Shown here piece after piece: positions 1-7,609 of a DNA stretch of 64,000 nt. Under the pieces are notes generated by a model. That model searched no databases. It saw only the letters and a list, made by a program, of their open reading frames with translations, and had not been told where the DNA came from. The stretch is taken from IMG/VR virus record IMGVR_UViG_3300048581_000044, positions 1 to 64,000 of that record; one strand, written 5' to 3'. A program made the position numbers and the translations under genes. This stretch comes from a virus. Lineage: Duplodnaviria; Caudoviricetes. Each line of letters opens with the position of its first letter. Position 1 is the stretch's first letter.

Positions 1-876
1 GACCATACCCGAGCCCATGATGATAGCGCGAGTGACGAGATGGACCGTGGCGTCTACTTGGTCGGATGAGGCATCGTCGTTACCGGAGAAGTCTTTGAGT
101 TCCGTGCGCCATGCTTCGAGCCAGGGGGCATAGGTAGGGGAAAGGACGCGGTGCTGACGAAACCATCCTTGGACGGAACCGGCGGTTTTTAGCGTAACGC
201 TGTTAACTGCGCGAGCACCTTTGGAGGCGGTGGCGGGCATTGGGACGATTGGAATGCCTGAGGATTCTAGGGATTGGATAAGGGAAATGCCCGAGGCTTT
301 CTTTTCGATTAAGACCTCTTGCGGACGCCAGAGCTGGTAAAGGGTTTTGGCTGCGTTGACCAAACCGCCCCAATCGACACGACGGCGGAAGACATCTAGG
401 ATGAGCACGTCGAAATGATAATCACAAGGACCGACGATGGCGGGGTTTTCGCCACGATGGTAGGCTTGACAGGGGACGATTAAGGCCGTGACGCAGACGG
501 TGTGCGCGGCTTGGAGAGACGTGGAGAAAGCCGTGTCCCAAGCCTGAAGGACACAATGCCCTTGCGAGACAAAATCTCGGACGTAAGGGGACGGCATTCC
601 GAGAGCGAGTTCAGATGGAGAGAACTGAACGCCGCGGACGAGGCACTGATAAAAGGAATCAAGATCGTCGGCTAGGAAGATTGAGCCTTGGCGCGAGCCA
701 GGACGGCATTGATAAGTTGCCTCGAAGACATCGGGCGAGGAGCGTTTAATGATTAAGACTTCAGAGCGCTTTTGCTCGGACTCTGGCCAGTAAAAACCCA
801 TGCCTTTGGGATCAATGCCATAAGGCATTCGAACGCGATAGATGCGGCGAGGGGAGTCGTTGTGAGTGGAAGGCAT
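1..876 (-). CDS. terL: Terminase large subunit, C-terminal RNase H-like nuclease half (runs off the window edge; absent from the ORF track)
   Basis: Hand translation from ATG at 876 (RBS-like CAGGAAAG upstream) is open to position 1: MPSTHNDSPRRIYRVRMPYGIDPKGMGFYWPESEQKR...QAWDTAFS...VLIEKKASG...DDASSDQVDA. WDTA, IEKKASG and DxxDA are TerL nuclease motifs. Confidence 0.88.
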   Translation of the reverse strand, partial: MPSTHNDSPRRIYRVRMPYGIDPKGMGFYWPESEQKRSEVLIIKRSSPDVFEATYQCRPGSRQGSIFLADDLDSFYQCLVRGVQFSPSELALGMPSPYVRDFVSQGHCVLQAWDTAFSTSLQAAHTVCVTALIVPCQAYHRGENPAIVGPCDYHFDVLILDVFRRRVDWGGLVNAAKTLYQLWRPQEVLIEKKASGISLIQSLESSGIPIVPMPATASKGARAVNSVTLKTAGSVQGWFRQHRVLSPTYAPWLEAWRTELKDFSGNDDASSDQVDATVHLVTRAIIMGSGMV

Positions 877-901
877 TTACAGCTTTCCTGCTTGTCTGTT
901 G

Positions 902-1564
902 TCAAGCCTCAACATTTATAAGCTCTCCAGGACGATGAAGGACAAACTTGTGCTTGTAAAAGCTACCAACTTTTGTATGACCAAGTGCTAGCATTTCAGC
1001 TTTCACGCGATTTTTTGTAGCCTTCTGTGCGACTTGTTTTCCGTTTGCATCCAACCACCGAGGGTAAGGGCCTGTACGTCCTACGTACAACCAGTTAGCT
1101 GCACGATAAATCTGTCCAAAATGGTTTTGGCTTTCGTCTGCATAAGTGACAAGCGTTACAAAGCGATTGTCTGACCAAATGCGCCTAACAGAATGTGCTA
1201 ACAGAAAAGAGGCCGCGTTTTTTGGAACGTCCGGTAAGATAACCAGCCGTGTTAATGAAAGGACTTTCTTCCAGTTAAGCTTATTGACGCTCTCACAAGC
1301 GACACGCGTTGGTGGAAGCCACCACGCTACGCCCGCTAACTGCCCAGAGACACGATTGTATAGCCCATGCATATAGCAGCAAGTGTTGCTGCCTCCGTGT
1401 GCATAATGCCACTGCTTAACAAGCGCCTGACCTTCTTTTAGCGGTGCATCCGCAACAAGCCAGTCACGCTTTTGGAGCAGCAAGATCGGAATCGAACCGT
1501 CTTCCTTCTGTTGGACAACAGAAAGCTCTACCAATGAGCTATTGCTGCAAAGCCTCTTCAACAT
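902..1564 (-). CDS. mom: Mom-family (GNAT fold) adenine-modification enzyme
   Basis: Motifs WHY, LTRLVILPDVPKNAASFLL and VTYADESQNHFGQIYRAANW match the Mu Mom-like family. The start is uncertain (ATG 1564 or TTG 1483), and both overlap or precede the tRNA-like element. Confidence 0.8.
   Translation of the reverse strand: MLKRLCSNSSLVELSVVQQKEDGSIPILLLQKRDWLVADAPLKEGQALVKQWHYAHGGSNTCCYMHGLYNRVSGQLAGVAWWLPPTRVACESVNKLNWKKVLSLTRLVILPDVPKNAASFLLAHSVRRIWSDNRFVTLVTYADESQNHFGQIYRAANWLYVGRTGPYPRWLDANGKQVAQKATKNRVKAEMLALGHTKVGSFYKHKFVLHRPGELINVEA
1473..1548 (-). tRNA. tRNA-Gly-like cloverleaf with an 8-nt anticodon loop (UUGUCCAA) and a bulged T-stem; atypical tRNA or tRNA-like element
   Basis: Reverse complement reads GCAGCAA TA GCTC ATTGGTA GAGC T TTCTG TTGTCCAA CAGAA GGAA GACGG TTCGATT CCG(A)TC TTGCTGC T CCA: 7-bp acceptor stem, D arm, TTCGA loop, encoded CCA. 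U73 and G1-C72/C2-G71 are Gly-like identity elements. Confidence 0.85.
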
Positions 1565-1573
1565 TCAAACACC

Positions 1574-3259
1574 CTAGATAATGTCCCTCTCAGGCTCAGA
1601 GAAGATAAGCTTGGACTCTTCAGCAAGCGCGCTTTTTAACGCTTCTTCTGAAGGCTTTAACAATGCCTCATCCGAACCAACGTTCTCAAACCCAACAGCT
1701 TGAATCATCGAACGTGCGTCTTCGGACTTGGGGATGCCTAAACAGGCAGGATGCTCTCCACGCATCATTTCTGTAAAGACACATTCTAAGCCTTCGGGAA
1801 TCGTAACGTCCCAATACAGATAATCCGCCTTCTCGCGAATGTTAGGAAGCTCCATAACAACCCATTCGCCTGTGCGCTTGAGATGGCCATAGATGTCTTC
1901 ATCGTGCCAACGGCGGCCTGCAAAGATAAATCTCGCACCGCGCGGATCAGCGCGGCCTAAGATTTGAGAATAAAACGTATCGCGGACGCTTTTGCAGGCT
2001 TCAGCTGAGGAGGAGTTTTCCTTATCATGCAAGTCGTCCCCGATAATAATCCGCGCGTGAACGCCGGTTAGGCGCTTAGACGAAAGCCCAGCCGCAAGAT
2101 AAGAAGCATCAGGGTCGCCAGCCGCGTGCCCAGAGACAAACATCCCGCGCTCGGTGGACCAGCCACGGCCTTTGTCAGGGAGGACTTGCGGGAAAGCAGC
2201 TTTCCAGCCAGGAGCGTGTTCAACCCATTCCATAACCGCTGACATGAAGCCTTGCATAAGGGCTTCACCAGCCGAAATCCCGACGATGGTTGTGTCAGGG
2301 ACTTGGCCAAGCATGTAAGCAGGGAAGACAGTAGAGAGGAGCGCAGAGTTATGCGTGACGATGTTGTTTTCGATAACAAACAACCCAGCAGGATGATCGA
2401 TGTTGATGCAGACGGAAGGGGACTCGAATGCTTCCTGGTGAATAGACATGATCTCTAAGCTGGCGAGATCGTTGTATGTAGAGCTGCATTGCTGCACGTA
2501 CCATTTTACGCGATTGCCTCTTGGCGCATGTTTATAGAGGCAAATCTCCTCAGTCGTGCGAATGCGCCAGTCAAGGTCTACGTTTCCAAGCTTGAAGTCC
2601 TTATTATAGACCTTCCATAGGTGATTCCCATTGGCGCGGATTAAACAGCCATCGGCAAAGTTTAGACGGTAGAGGCGGCTTAAAGGCTGCTCGAACACGC
2701 CACGGACCTTAACCCAAGTCTTCCCGTCAGGGATCATCACGAAGTCAGATGTTGTAAGCGCCCCCATGCGAAGCCAACCGCGCTTGGTAAGGACTTTGGT
2801 ATCGGGGTGCAGGGCTTTGCCCGACCCTGGGCCGATTACGATTAGGAGCTTTTTGATACGAGGGTCAGAGAGGGCGAAGGCGGGGTATTGCAGGTGAGGC
2901 GGAAAGGAAAACCCACGTGCGTGATACATGAGGTTGTAGAAGGTGATTAAGCCGACCGCGTTATTAGGGATCGTGGAGGCAAGACGATACGTAGGGGCGT
3001 TGCGACCTTGGCTGATCGCGGGGGAAGCCACGCCGGGAGATAAGGCTTCGCCAGAACCATACGGAGAGGCGGCGGGGGAGGAGGCCGGGGGAGGAAGATC
3101 GTCTTCTAAACCGGAAGTTAGAAGCTTTTGACGCTCCTTTAAATCCCATTGTGCTTTGATGAAGTCAGGATCGCGTGAGCGGGGCGCAGCCTCGGAGTCG
3201 GGGCGGGCTTTGGGCGGCCGACCGCGTTTCTTTGGAAGGATTGGCAGGAGATCACGCAC
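1574..3259 (-). CDS. terL: Terminase large subunit, N-terminal ATPase half, intein-containing
   Basis: After intein removal Walker A reads IGPGSGK|S. Also Walker B IIIGDD and the coupling-motif region AGRRWHDED. The ORF stops before the nuclease domain. Confidence 0.9.
   Translation of the reverse strand: MRDLLPILPKKRGRPPKARPDSEAAPRSRDPDFIKAQWDLKERQKLLTSGLEDDLPPPASSPAASPYGSGEALSPGVASPAISQGRNAPTYRLASTIPNNAVGLITFYNLMYHARGFSFPPHLQYPAFALSDPRIKKLLIVIGPGSGKALHPDTKVLTKRGWLRMGALTTSDFVMIPDGKTWVKVRGVFEQPLSRLYRLNFADGCLIRANGNHLWKVYNKDFKLGNVDLDWRIRTTEEICLYKHAPRGNRVKWYVQQCSSTYNDLASLEIMSIHQEAFESPSVCINIDHPAGLFVIENNIVTHNSALLSTVFPAYMLGQVPDTTIVGISAGEALMQGFMSAVMEWVEHAPGWKAAFPQVLPDKGRGWSTERGMFVSGHAAGDPDASYLAAGLSSKRLTGVHARIIIGDDLHDKENSSSAEACKSVRDTFYSQILGRADPRGARFIFAGRRWHDEDIYGHLKRTGEWVVMELPNIREKADYLYWDVTIPEGLECVFTEMMRGEHPACLGIPKSEDARSMIQAVGFENVGSDEALLKPSEEALKSALAEESKLIFSEPERDII
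2348..2815 (-). mobile_element. 156-aa mini-intein with Ala1, class 3 (WCT) signature
   Basis: Starts ALHPDTKVLTKRGW immediately after GSGK and ends IVTHN|S. Block B H-L-W, block F SVCINID (Cys), block G Thr. No endonuclease motifs seen. Confidence 0.88.
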
Positions 3260-3738
3260 TATGAAACGTTCTCTTTCCAGTCTTCATCGACCTCAGCAAA
3301 GACCTCTGGCCCGAAAACAAGTTCCCCACGATAGGGAAGCTTTCCCGTTAGAGCAAGCTGATCGCCGTAATATGTGAGCGTAACGTGTGGGTGATAGTCG
3401 TCATAATCCCAAGACGCGCCTTTGTTGCAGAAGTCTATCCAGCGCAGCTCGAATTTGTTCGACGAAAAGAGCAGCACGACCGCGCCTTCGTCACCAAGTG
3501 GGGCGAGCTTTCTAACGCCATAGCCTTCAGGGATGATGACACGATTGCGTTTGGGCTTGAGATGACTCCAGTCGAACGCCTTTCGGCTGAAGGCCAAGGT
3601 AACGTGCATGTCGTCAGGAGAAAGCGGTTGCTCAAAGCCATTACGCTGTGCCCAAGCGAAGAGCGCTTTAGCGTTGAGAAGAGGACGGGAGACGTAGAGA
3701 GTTTTTGGACGGGCTTTTGCAAGCAGGGGCTTTTTCAT
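3259..3738 (-). CDS. 2H phosphoesterase, Acb1/T4 gp57B-like anti-CBASS nuclease
   Basis: Two HxT motifs (MHVTLAFS, PHVTLTY), plus TLYVSRPLLN and GASWD. ATG 3738 follows GGAGA. The stop TAG overlaps the terL GTG. Confidence 0.75.
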   Translation of the reverse strand: MKKPLLAKARPKTLYVSRPLLNAKALFAWAQRNGFEQPLSPDDMHVTLAFSRKAFDWSHLKPKRNRVIIPEGYGVRKLAPLGDEGAVVLLFSSNKFELRWIDFCNKGASWDYDDYHPHVTLTYYGDQLALTGKLPYRGELVFGPEVFAEVDEDWKENVS

Positions 3739-3739
3739 T

Positions 3740-4057
3740 TTAGTCTCCAGGACAGTGAACGCCTTCGGCACCGCTTTCAATTGCGTCTAGCGCAGCCTTA
3801 TCGAGCATCCGGTGGACAGGTGTGCTGCCGTCTTCTTCCTCTTGCGAGAGCGCACAGTCTATGGCTTGCGCAAAAACCAGCGGGTCAGTGACTTCGGGGT
3901 ATTCGAACTCGCCAGTTTCCTCGTTAAACAGCGAAAGGCTAGGATCAAACTCGATAGCGTGTGCGAGACAAGCAATGCCGATGGTGATTACAAGCCGTCC
4001 ACCAACGACTTGAACTTTAAGAGGCTCGTCTTCTGGCGAGAAGCTTACATCCAACAT
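3740..4057 (-). CDS. Hypothetical phage protein
   Basis: 105-aa acidic ORF tightly packed in the terminase operon. Confidence 0.6.
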   Translation of the reverse strand: MLDVSFSPEDEPLKVQVVGGRLVITIGIACLAHAIEFDPSLSLFNEETGEFEYPEVTDPLVFAQAIDCALSQEEEDGSTPVHRMLDKAALDAIESGAEGVHCPGD

Positions 4058-4061
4058 GTGT

Positions 4062-4154
4062 TTAGTCTCCGCGGGAATTAGTAGGGCTAGCTAAGACAGT
4101 AAATATAAGCGCTATCACAGCGACGCATACTGCGATTCCTAACCATATGGGCAT
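4062..4154 (-). CDS. 30-aa single-TM membrane peptide
   Basis: Hand translation MPIWLGIAVCVAVIALIFTVLASPTNSRGD with GGAAGG upstream. It fills the gap between two ORFs. Confidence 0.5.
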   Translation of the reverse strand: MPIWLGIAVCVAVIALIFTVLASPTNSRGD

Positions 4155-4173
4155 GTGAAGCCTTCCTCTCCAA

Positions 4174-4839
4174 CTAAACTGCGTTTTTCACCGCAGCTAG
4201 TTTACGATCTCGATCTTCGTTCCAGCTTGCCTCAATAGCAATGCCGACACAGTTTCGACGATGACCTTCCCTAGATGAAAATTCCGCATTGGCTTCCGTC
4301 TGTCGCTGAAACTGAAAATCAACAGGCAGTCCAGTACGTCGTTCAAACCATTCCGAGATAACGACGTTCATGAATAAGTGCTGCGGAGAATATAGCCACC
4401 TGAACATTTCATCAAATTGAACATCGCCAACGATGCAACGTAAATCAACATCTCGCCAATTCTGCCGTGTAAGTGAACTTCCGACTTGGTAGAGTCCATA
4501 ACCAATGTTCCGGTGTGCTTTATTGAAGATTACACTAGCGCACTCGACAGCGTATTGCTGTTGAACAGTTAGATGGGTTACACGCCGCTTTTCTGGTTTT
4601 TGGCTTAATGCCCTTCCAAAATCAGGATCATACATGTCGTCAATTTTGCGCTTAGCCTCTTGCTCAGACGCAGCAGTGCCGCATTCATACCTCGTTGGGC
4701 TGTCAGGCGCACCGTCAAACGCATCCGACCAGAACTCCCATACCTCGCCAATCGGATCGCCGTTGCCGCTTAGGCTGATGTTCCAACCGCGATAGCGGAT
4801 TGGGTTGGACTGGCTGGAGCCTGGGATGCTGTCGCTCAT
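4174..4839 (-). CDS. Two-domain protein with C-terminal Pol-beta-like nucleotidyltransferase motif
   Basis: The C-terminal half carries LYQVGSS...RDVDLR (GS...DxD). The N-terminal half resembles a separate small phage protein. Confidence 0.5.
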   Translation of the reverse strand: MSDSIPGSSQSNPIRYRGWNISLSGNGDPIGEVWEFWSDAFDGAPDSPTRYECGTAASEQEAKRKIDDMYDPDFGRALSQKPEKRRVTHLTVQQQYAVECASVIFNKAHRNIGYGLYQVGSSLTRQNWRDVDLRCIVGDVQFDEMFRWLYSPQHLFMNVVISEWFERRTGLPVDFQFQRQTEANAEFSSREGHRRNCVGIAIEASWNEDRDRKLAAVKNAV

Positions 4840-5078
4840 GCCTGTACCTCTTCAAGATAACGCCAAGCTACCACACTCGCCGCAAGGCTTTCCCCATCCC
4901 CCGGCTCATTATCTTCATCAACCGGGATGAAATCCCAATCTCCTGCTTCCATGATATTGCAAGAGAAGAAAGCTTTGGTCAGCGTCCCGTCCTTAAGCCT
5001 GATCTCAACGAGAGATTCATCCGCGGGCATTCGGGAAACAACCCAAGCGCCGTCATAGGTGATTGGAATAAAGTCCAT
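4836..5078 (-). CDS. Hypothetical phage protein
   Basis: 80-aa ORF with ATGA-type overlap to the next gene. Confidence 0.55.
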   Translation of the reverse strand: MDFIPITYDGAWVVSRMPADESLVEIRLKDGTLTKAFFSCNIMEAGDWDFIPVDEDNEPGDGESLAASVVAWRYLEEVQA

Positions 5079-5101
5079 GAGCCTTAGCCTTTATCTATTG
5101 C

Positions 5102-5380
5102 CTAGTACCATTTTCCATCAACGCCAAGAACACCGCCTGGAAAGCCTATAGAGCTTCCATGCTGTATCGGCTCTCTAGTTGTTGGCGGTTCAGGAAGCGG
5201 AAGCCAGTACGTGTAAGGTGCTTCAGGATATTGGAAATGGGCACTCGGCCATTTTGGTGAGAAGCTGTCTACTCTATAATAAGGAGCGTCTGCGTTCTGA
5301 TTAGACGCTCTCTTTTTTCCCGGACTGTAGAACAAACAAGGCGTCCCGTCCCTTGGTGCTGTCTCAATCGATTGCCACAT
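5102..5380 (-). CDS. DUF551-like phage protein
   Basis: WQSIETAPRDGT...YWLPLPEPP signature. Confidence 0.7.
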   Translation of the reverse strand: MWQSIETAPRDGTPCLFYSPGKKRASNQNADAPYYRVDSFSPKWPSAHFQYPEAPYTYWLPLPEPPTTREPIQHGSSIGFPGGVLGVDGKWY

Positions 5381-5386
5381 GAGGCT

Positions 5387-5638
5387 TTATCCTTCTACGC
5401 TAATCAAATCATCCGCCTTCTTCACCTGTTCAATCAACCCCCTCCCATAAAGCTCGATCAATCTCTTCTCACTCATCCCCCTGCCTTTATGAAACCTCAC
5501 CGCTGCAATCGTCTCAGCTTGCGCCCATAATCTCCTCTCTTTAAGCTCCCGCTGCTCTAAAATCAGCCGCTTGATTGCTTGGTGGTCTGCCTTAGACCGA
5601 GTTTCTTTCACACAAGCCAAGAGCTTAGCGTCAGCCAT
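5387..5638 (-). CDS. Hypothetical phage protein
   Basis: 83-aa basic ORF in the operon. Confidence 0.55.
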   Translation of the reverse strand: MADAKLLACVKETRSKADHQAIKRLILEQRELKERRLWAQAETIAAVRFHKGRGMSEKRLIELYGRGLIEQVKKADDLISVEG

Positions 5639-5696
5639 GATAACGAGAAACCTTAGAATGCACCCAAGTTTCTAGATAGCATGATTGGGAGGGGGT

Positions 5697-6098
5697 TTAA
5701 AGAGGGTTCTTTGGCACGCCTTCCTTAGCTTCAGACGCCTCCATTGTCTCAACAGCAGGCTCCTCAAACAGCACACAAAGCCCCGACGACTTCGGCTCAT
5801 AGCTCCAACAGGTCTCTGGCCTGTTCTCGTAATCTAGGCACCTTCCGGTCTTTTGACTCAGGTTAGGACACCAGAACCACCATGCTTCTTTTGAATCACG
5901 AAACAACGGCTTGAAAGGAAGCGTCTCGTCTGTCGAGGCGTTTCGTTTATCGATCCATGTCTGCACTTCCTCCACGGTCTTAAGTTCAGGAAGGCCGCCA
6001 TTAAGCGTAAACACGCGACAGCATTTTCCAGGCACGGGGCAGGAATCACAAAGGCTCTCCATAGCATAAAGCCTAAACACCCAACGCATAGAGTTCAA
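5697..6098 (-). CDS. YkgJ-family cysteine-cluster (Zn/Fe-chelating) protein
   Basis: CDSC...KCC...WCPNL...GRCLDYENRPETC pattern. The likely start is ATG 6062. Confidence 0.7.
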   Translation of the reverse strand: MNSMRWVFRLYAMESLCDSCPVPGKCCRVFTLNGGLPELKTVEEVQTWIDKRNASTDETLPFKPLFRDSKEAWWFWCPNLSQKTGRCLDYENRPETCWSYEPKSSGLCVLFEEPAVETMEASEAKEGVPKNPL

Positions 6099-6224
6099 GA
6101 AGGTGCAACGTTAAAAGAGGCGGCTATGGTGATAATGACAAGGGCAATGCAAAAAATGTTAAAAATTTAGCGAGGGGATAGCCCGTTTCCTCGCCTCCGT
6201 CCTTCCGTCCTCCCCGGCTACGGG

Positions 6225-6350
6225 GGGCATGGGGCTTGCGAAGGCCTAAGCCGCCAGGACAGGGGGGGGGGGGGGATTGAGCGCTGGCAAGGCGCGCGAC
6301 GTTGCAGCTGGCAAGGCGCAAGGCGCAAGGCGCAAGGCAAAGGCAAAGGC
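6225..6350. repeat. G14 homopolymer, G-tracts and tandem GCAAGGC heptamers in a divergent intergenic region
   Basis: G run at 6262-6275, then (GCAAGGC)x4 from 6311 followed by AAAGGC x2. Confidence 0.85.
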
Positions 6351-6509
6351 ATTAAGCGTGCCATAGTGATAAGCGTGTAGTGCATAAGAGGTATGCGTGT
6401 GGCGCTTAGAGATAATGAGGCATTGCGTAGCTATGGCGATAAGAGAGTGTTGCATAACGCGCGACTCTGCTTTATATAATAGAGACTGAATTGAGAGAGG
6501 AACAAGGCA

Positions 6510-6821
6510 ATGGCATTCATGCAAACGCAAATCGTATATGGCCGGTGGATCATGGTTGATGGACCTTGCGGCGTTGACGCGATCCCGTTTGACGTTGTGT
6601 ACGGCAATCCAAGCAAGAAGACCATGCATCCTACGTTTGAAGACGTAAGGGATTATACGGAGAATCGGGAAGCATGGGAGATTAGTGTGCGAGACGGTTA
6701 CGGCGCGCGTATGAGCGCTCCTGGTTATAGTGCTAACTTCGGGTCAGGCGCGGCTATGAAGGCTAAGGCAGTGGGGCTCTTGCTGCCTGATTTCAAAGTC
6801 CCGGAGCTATTCGCCGCTTGA
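6510..6821 (+). CDS. Hypothetical phage early protein (GARxSAPGY family)
   Basis: ORF with GYGARMSAPGY; purine-rich RBS upstream. Confidence 0.55.
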   Translation: MAFMQTQIVYGRWIMVDGPCGVDAIPFDVVYGNPSKKTMHPTFEDVRDYTENREAWEISVRDGYGARMSAPGYSANFGSGAAMKAKAVGLLLPDFKVPELFAA

Positions 6822-6898
6822 GTCAACGCTAATTAGGGGAGCTTGAAACGCTCCTCTTTTTGGGCAATGATAGACAATCAGGCATAAGGAAAAACGCT

Positions 6899-7609
6899 AT
6901 GACAAAGCTTTACAAGTTAACGGATCAAGAAGGTTACACACGTCGCGGTGAATCAAACAAATGCCTTTGGGGCAAGGGAGTCTCACATTCTGGGACGGGC
7001 GAGGGGGAGCTATGCAGGCCGGGACTTGTTCATGCTTATGAGCATCCGTTGCTGGCTGTGTTGCTTAACCCGATTCACGCAAATTTTTCAAACCCGCGGC
7101 TTTGGGAAGCGGAAGGCACGATTGCTAAAAGCGAGGGGCGGCTAAAATGCGGTTGTGTAACGCTCACAACGGTTAAAGAGATTGCGTTGCCGATAGTTAC
7201 GAAAGAACAACAAATCAGGTTTGCGATTCTATGCGCAAAAGCTGTTTTCACTGACGAGGCTTGGAATCTATGGGCTGATAGCTGGTTGTCAGGTAAAGAT
7301 CGTACCACTGAGGCAGCTGAGGCAGCTTGGGCAGCAGCTCGGGCAGCTAAGGCAGCTTGGGCAGCAGCTGAGGCAGCTTGGGCAGCAGCTGAGGCAGCTT
7401 GGGCAGCAGCTGAGGCAGCTTGGGCAGCTGAGGCAGTTCGGGCAGCTTGGACAGCAGCTCGGGCAGCTTGGGCAGCTCGGGCAGCTTGGACAGCAGTTCG
7501 GGCAGCTTGGGCAGCAGCTCGGGCAGCTGAGGCAGCATGGGCAGCTAAAAAATCCATTGATCTCATAACCATCGCCAAAACCGCCTGCAATTGGGAAGAA
7601 ACGCCATGA
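6899..7609 (+). CDS. Phage protein with C-terminal Ala/Trp-rich tandem repeats (AAWAAAEAA)
   Basis: Globular N-terminal half, then near-identical GCAGCTTGGGCAGCAGCT units at about 7310-7545. Confidence 0.75.
   Translation: MTKLYKLTDQEGYTRRGESNKCLWGKGVSHSGTGEGELCRPGLVHAYEHPLLAVLLNPIHANFSNPRLWEAEGTIAKSEGRLKCGCVTLTTVKEIALPIVTKEQQIRFAILCAKAVFTDEAWNLWADSWLSGKDRTTEAAEAAWAAARAAKAAWAAAEAAWAAAEAAWAAAEAAWAAEAVRAAWTAARAAWAARAAWTAVRAAWAAARAAEAAWAAKKSIDLITIAKTACNWEETP

Noticed and set aside
877-1800. Group I intron explaining the terL split
   Set aside because: No recognisable P7/R-S core elements were seen by eye, and the nuclease half has its own RBS and ATG. An Infernal search would be needed to exclude it fully.
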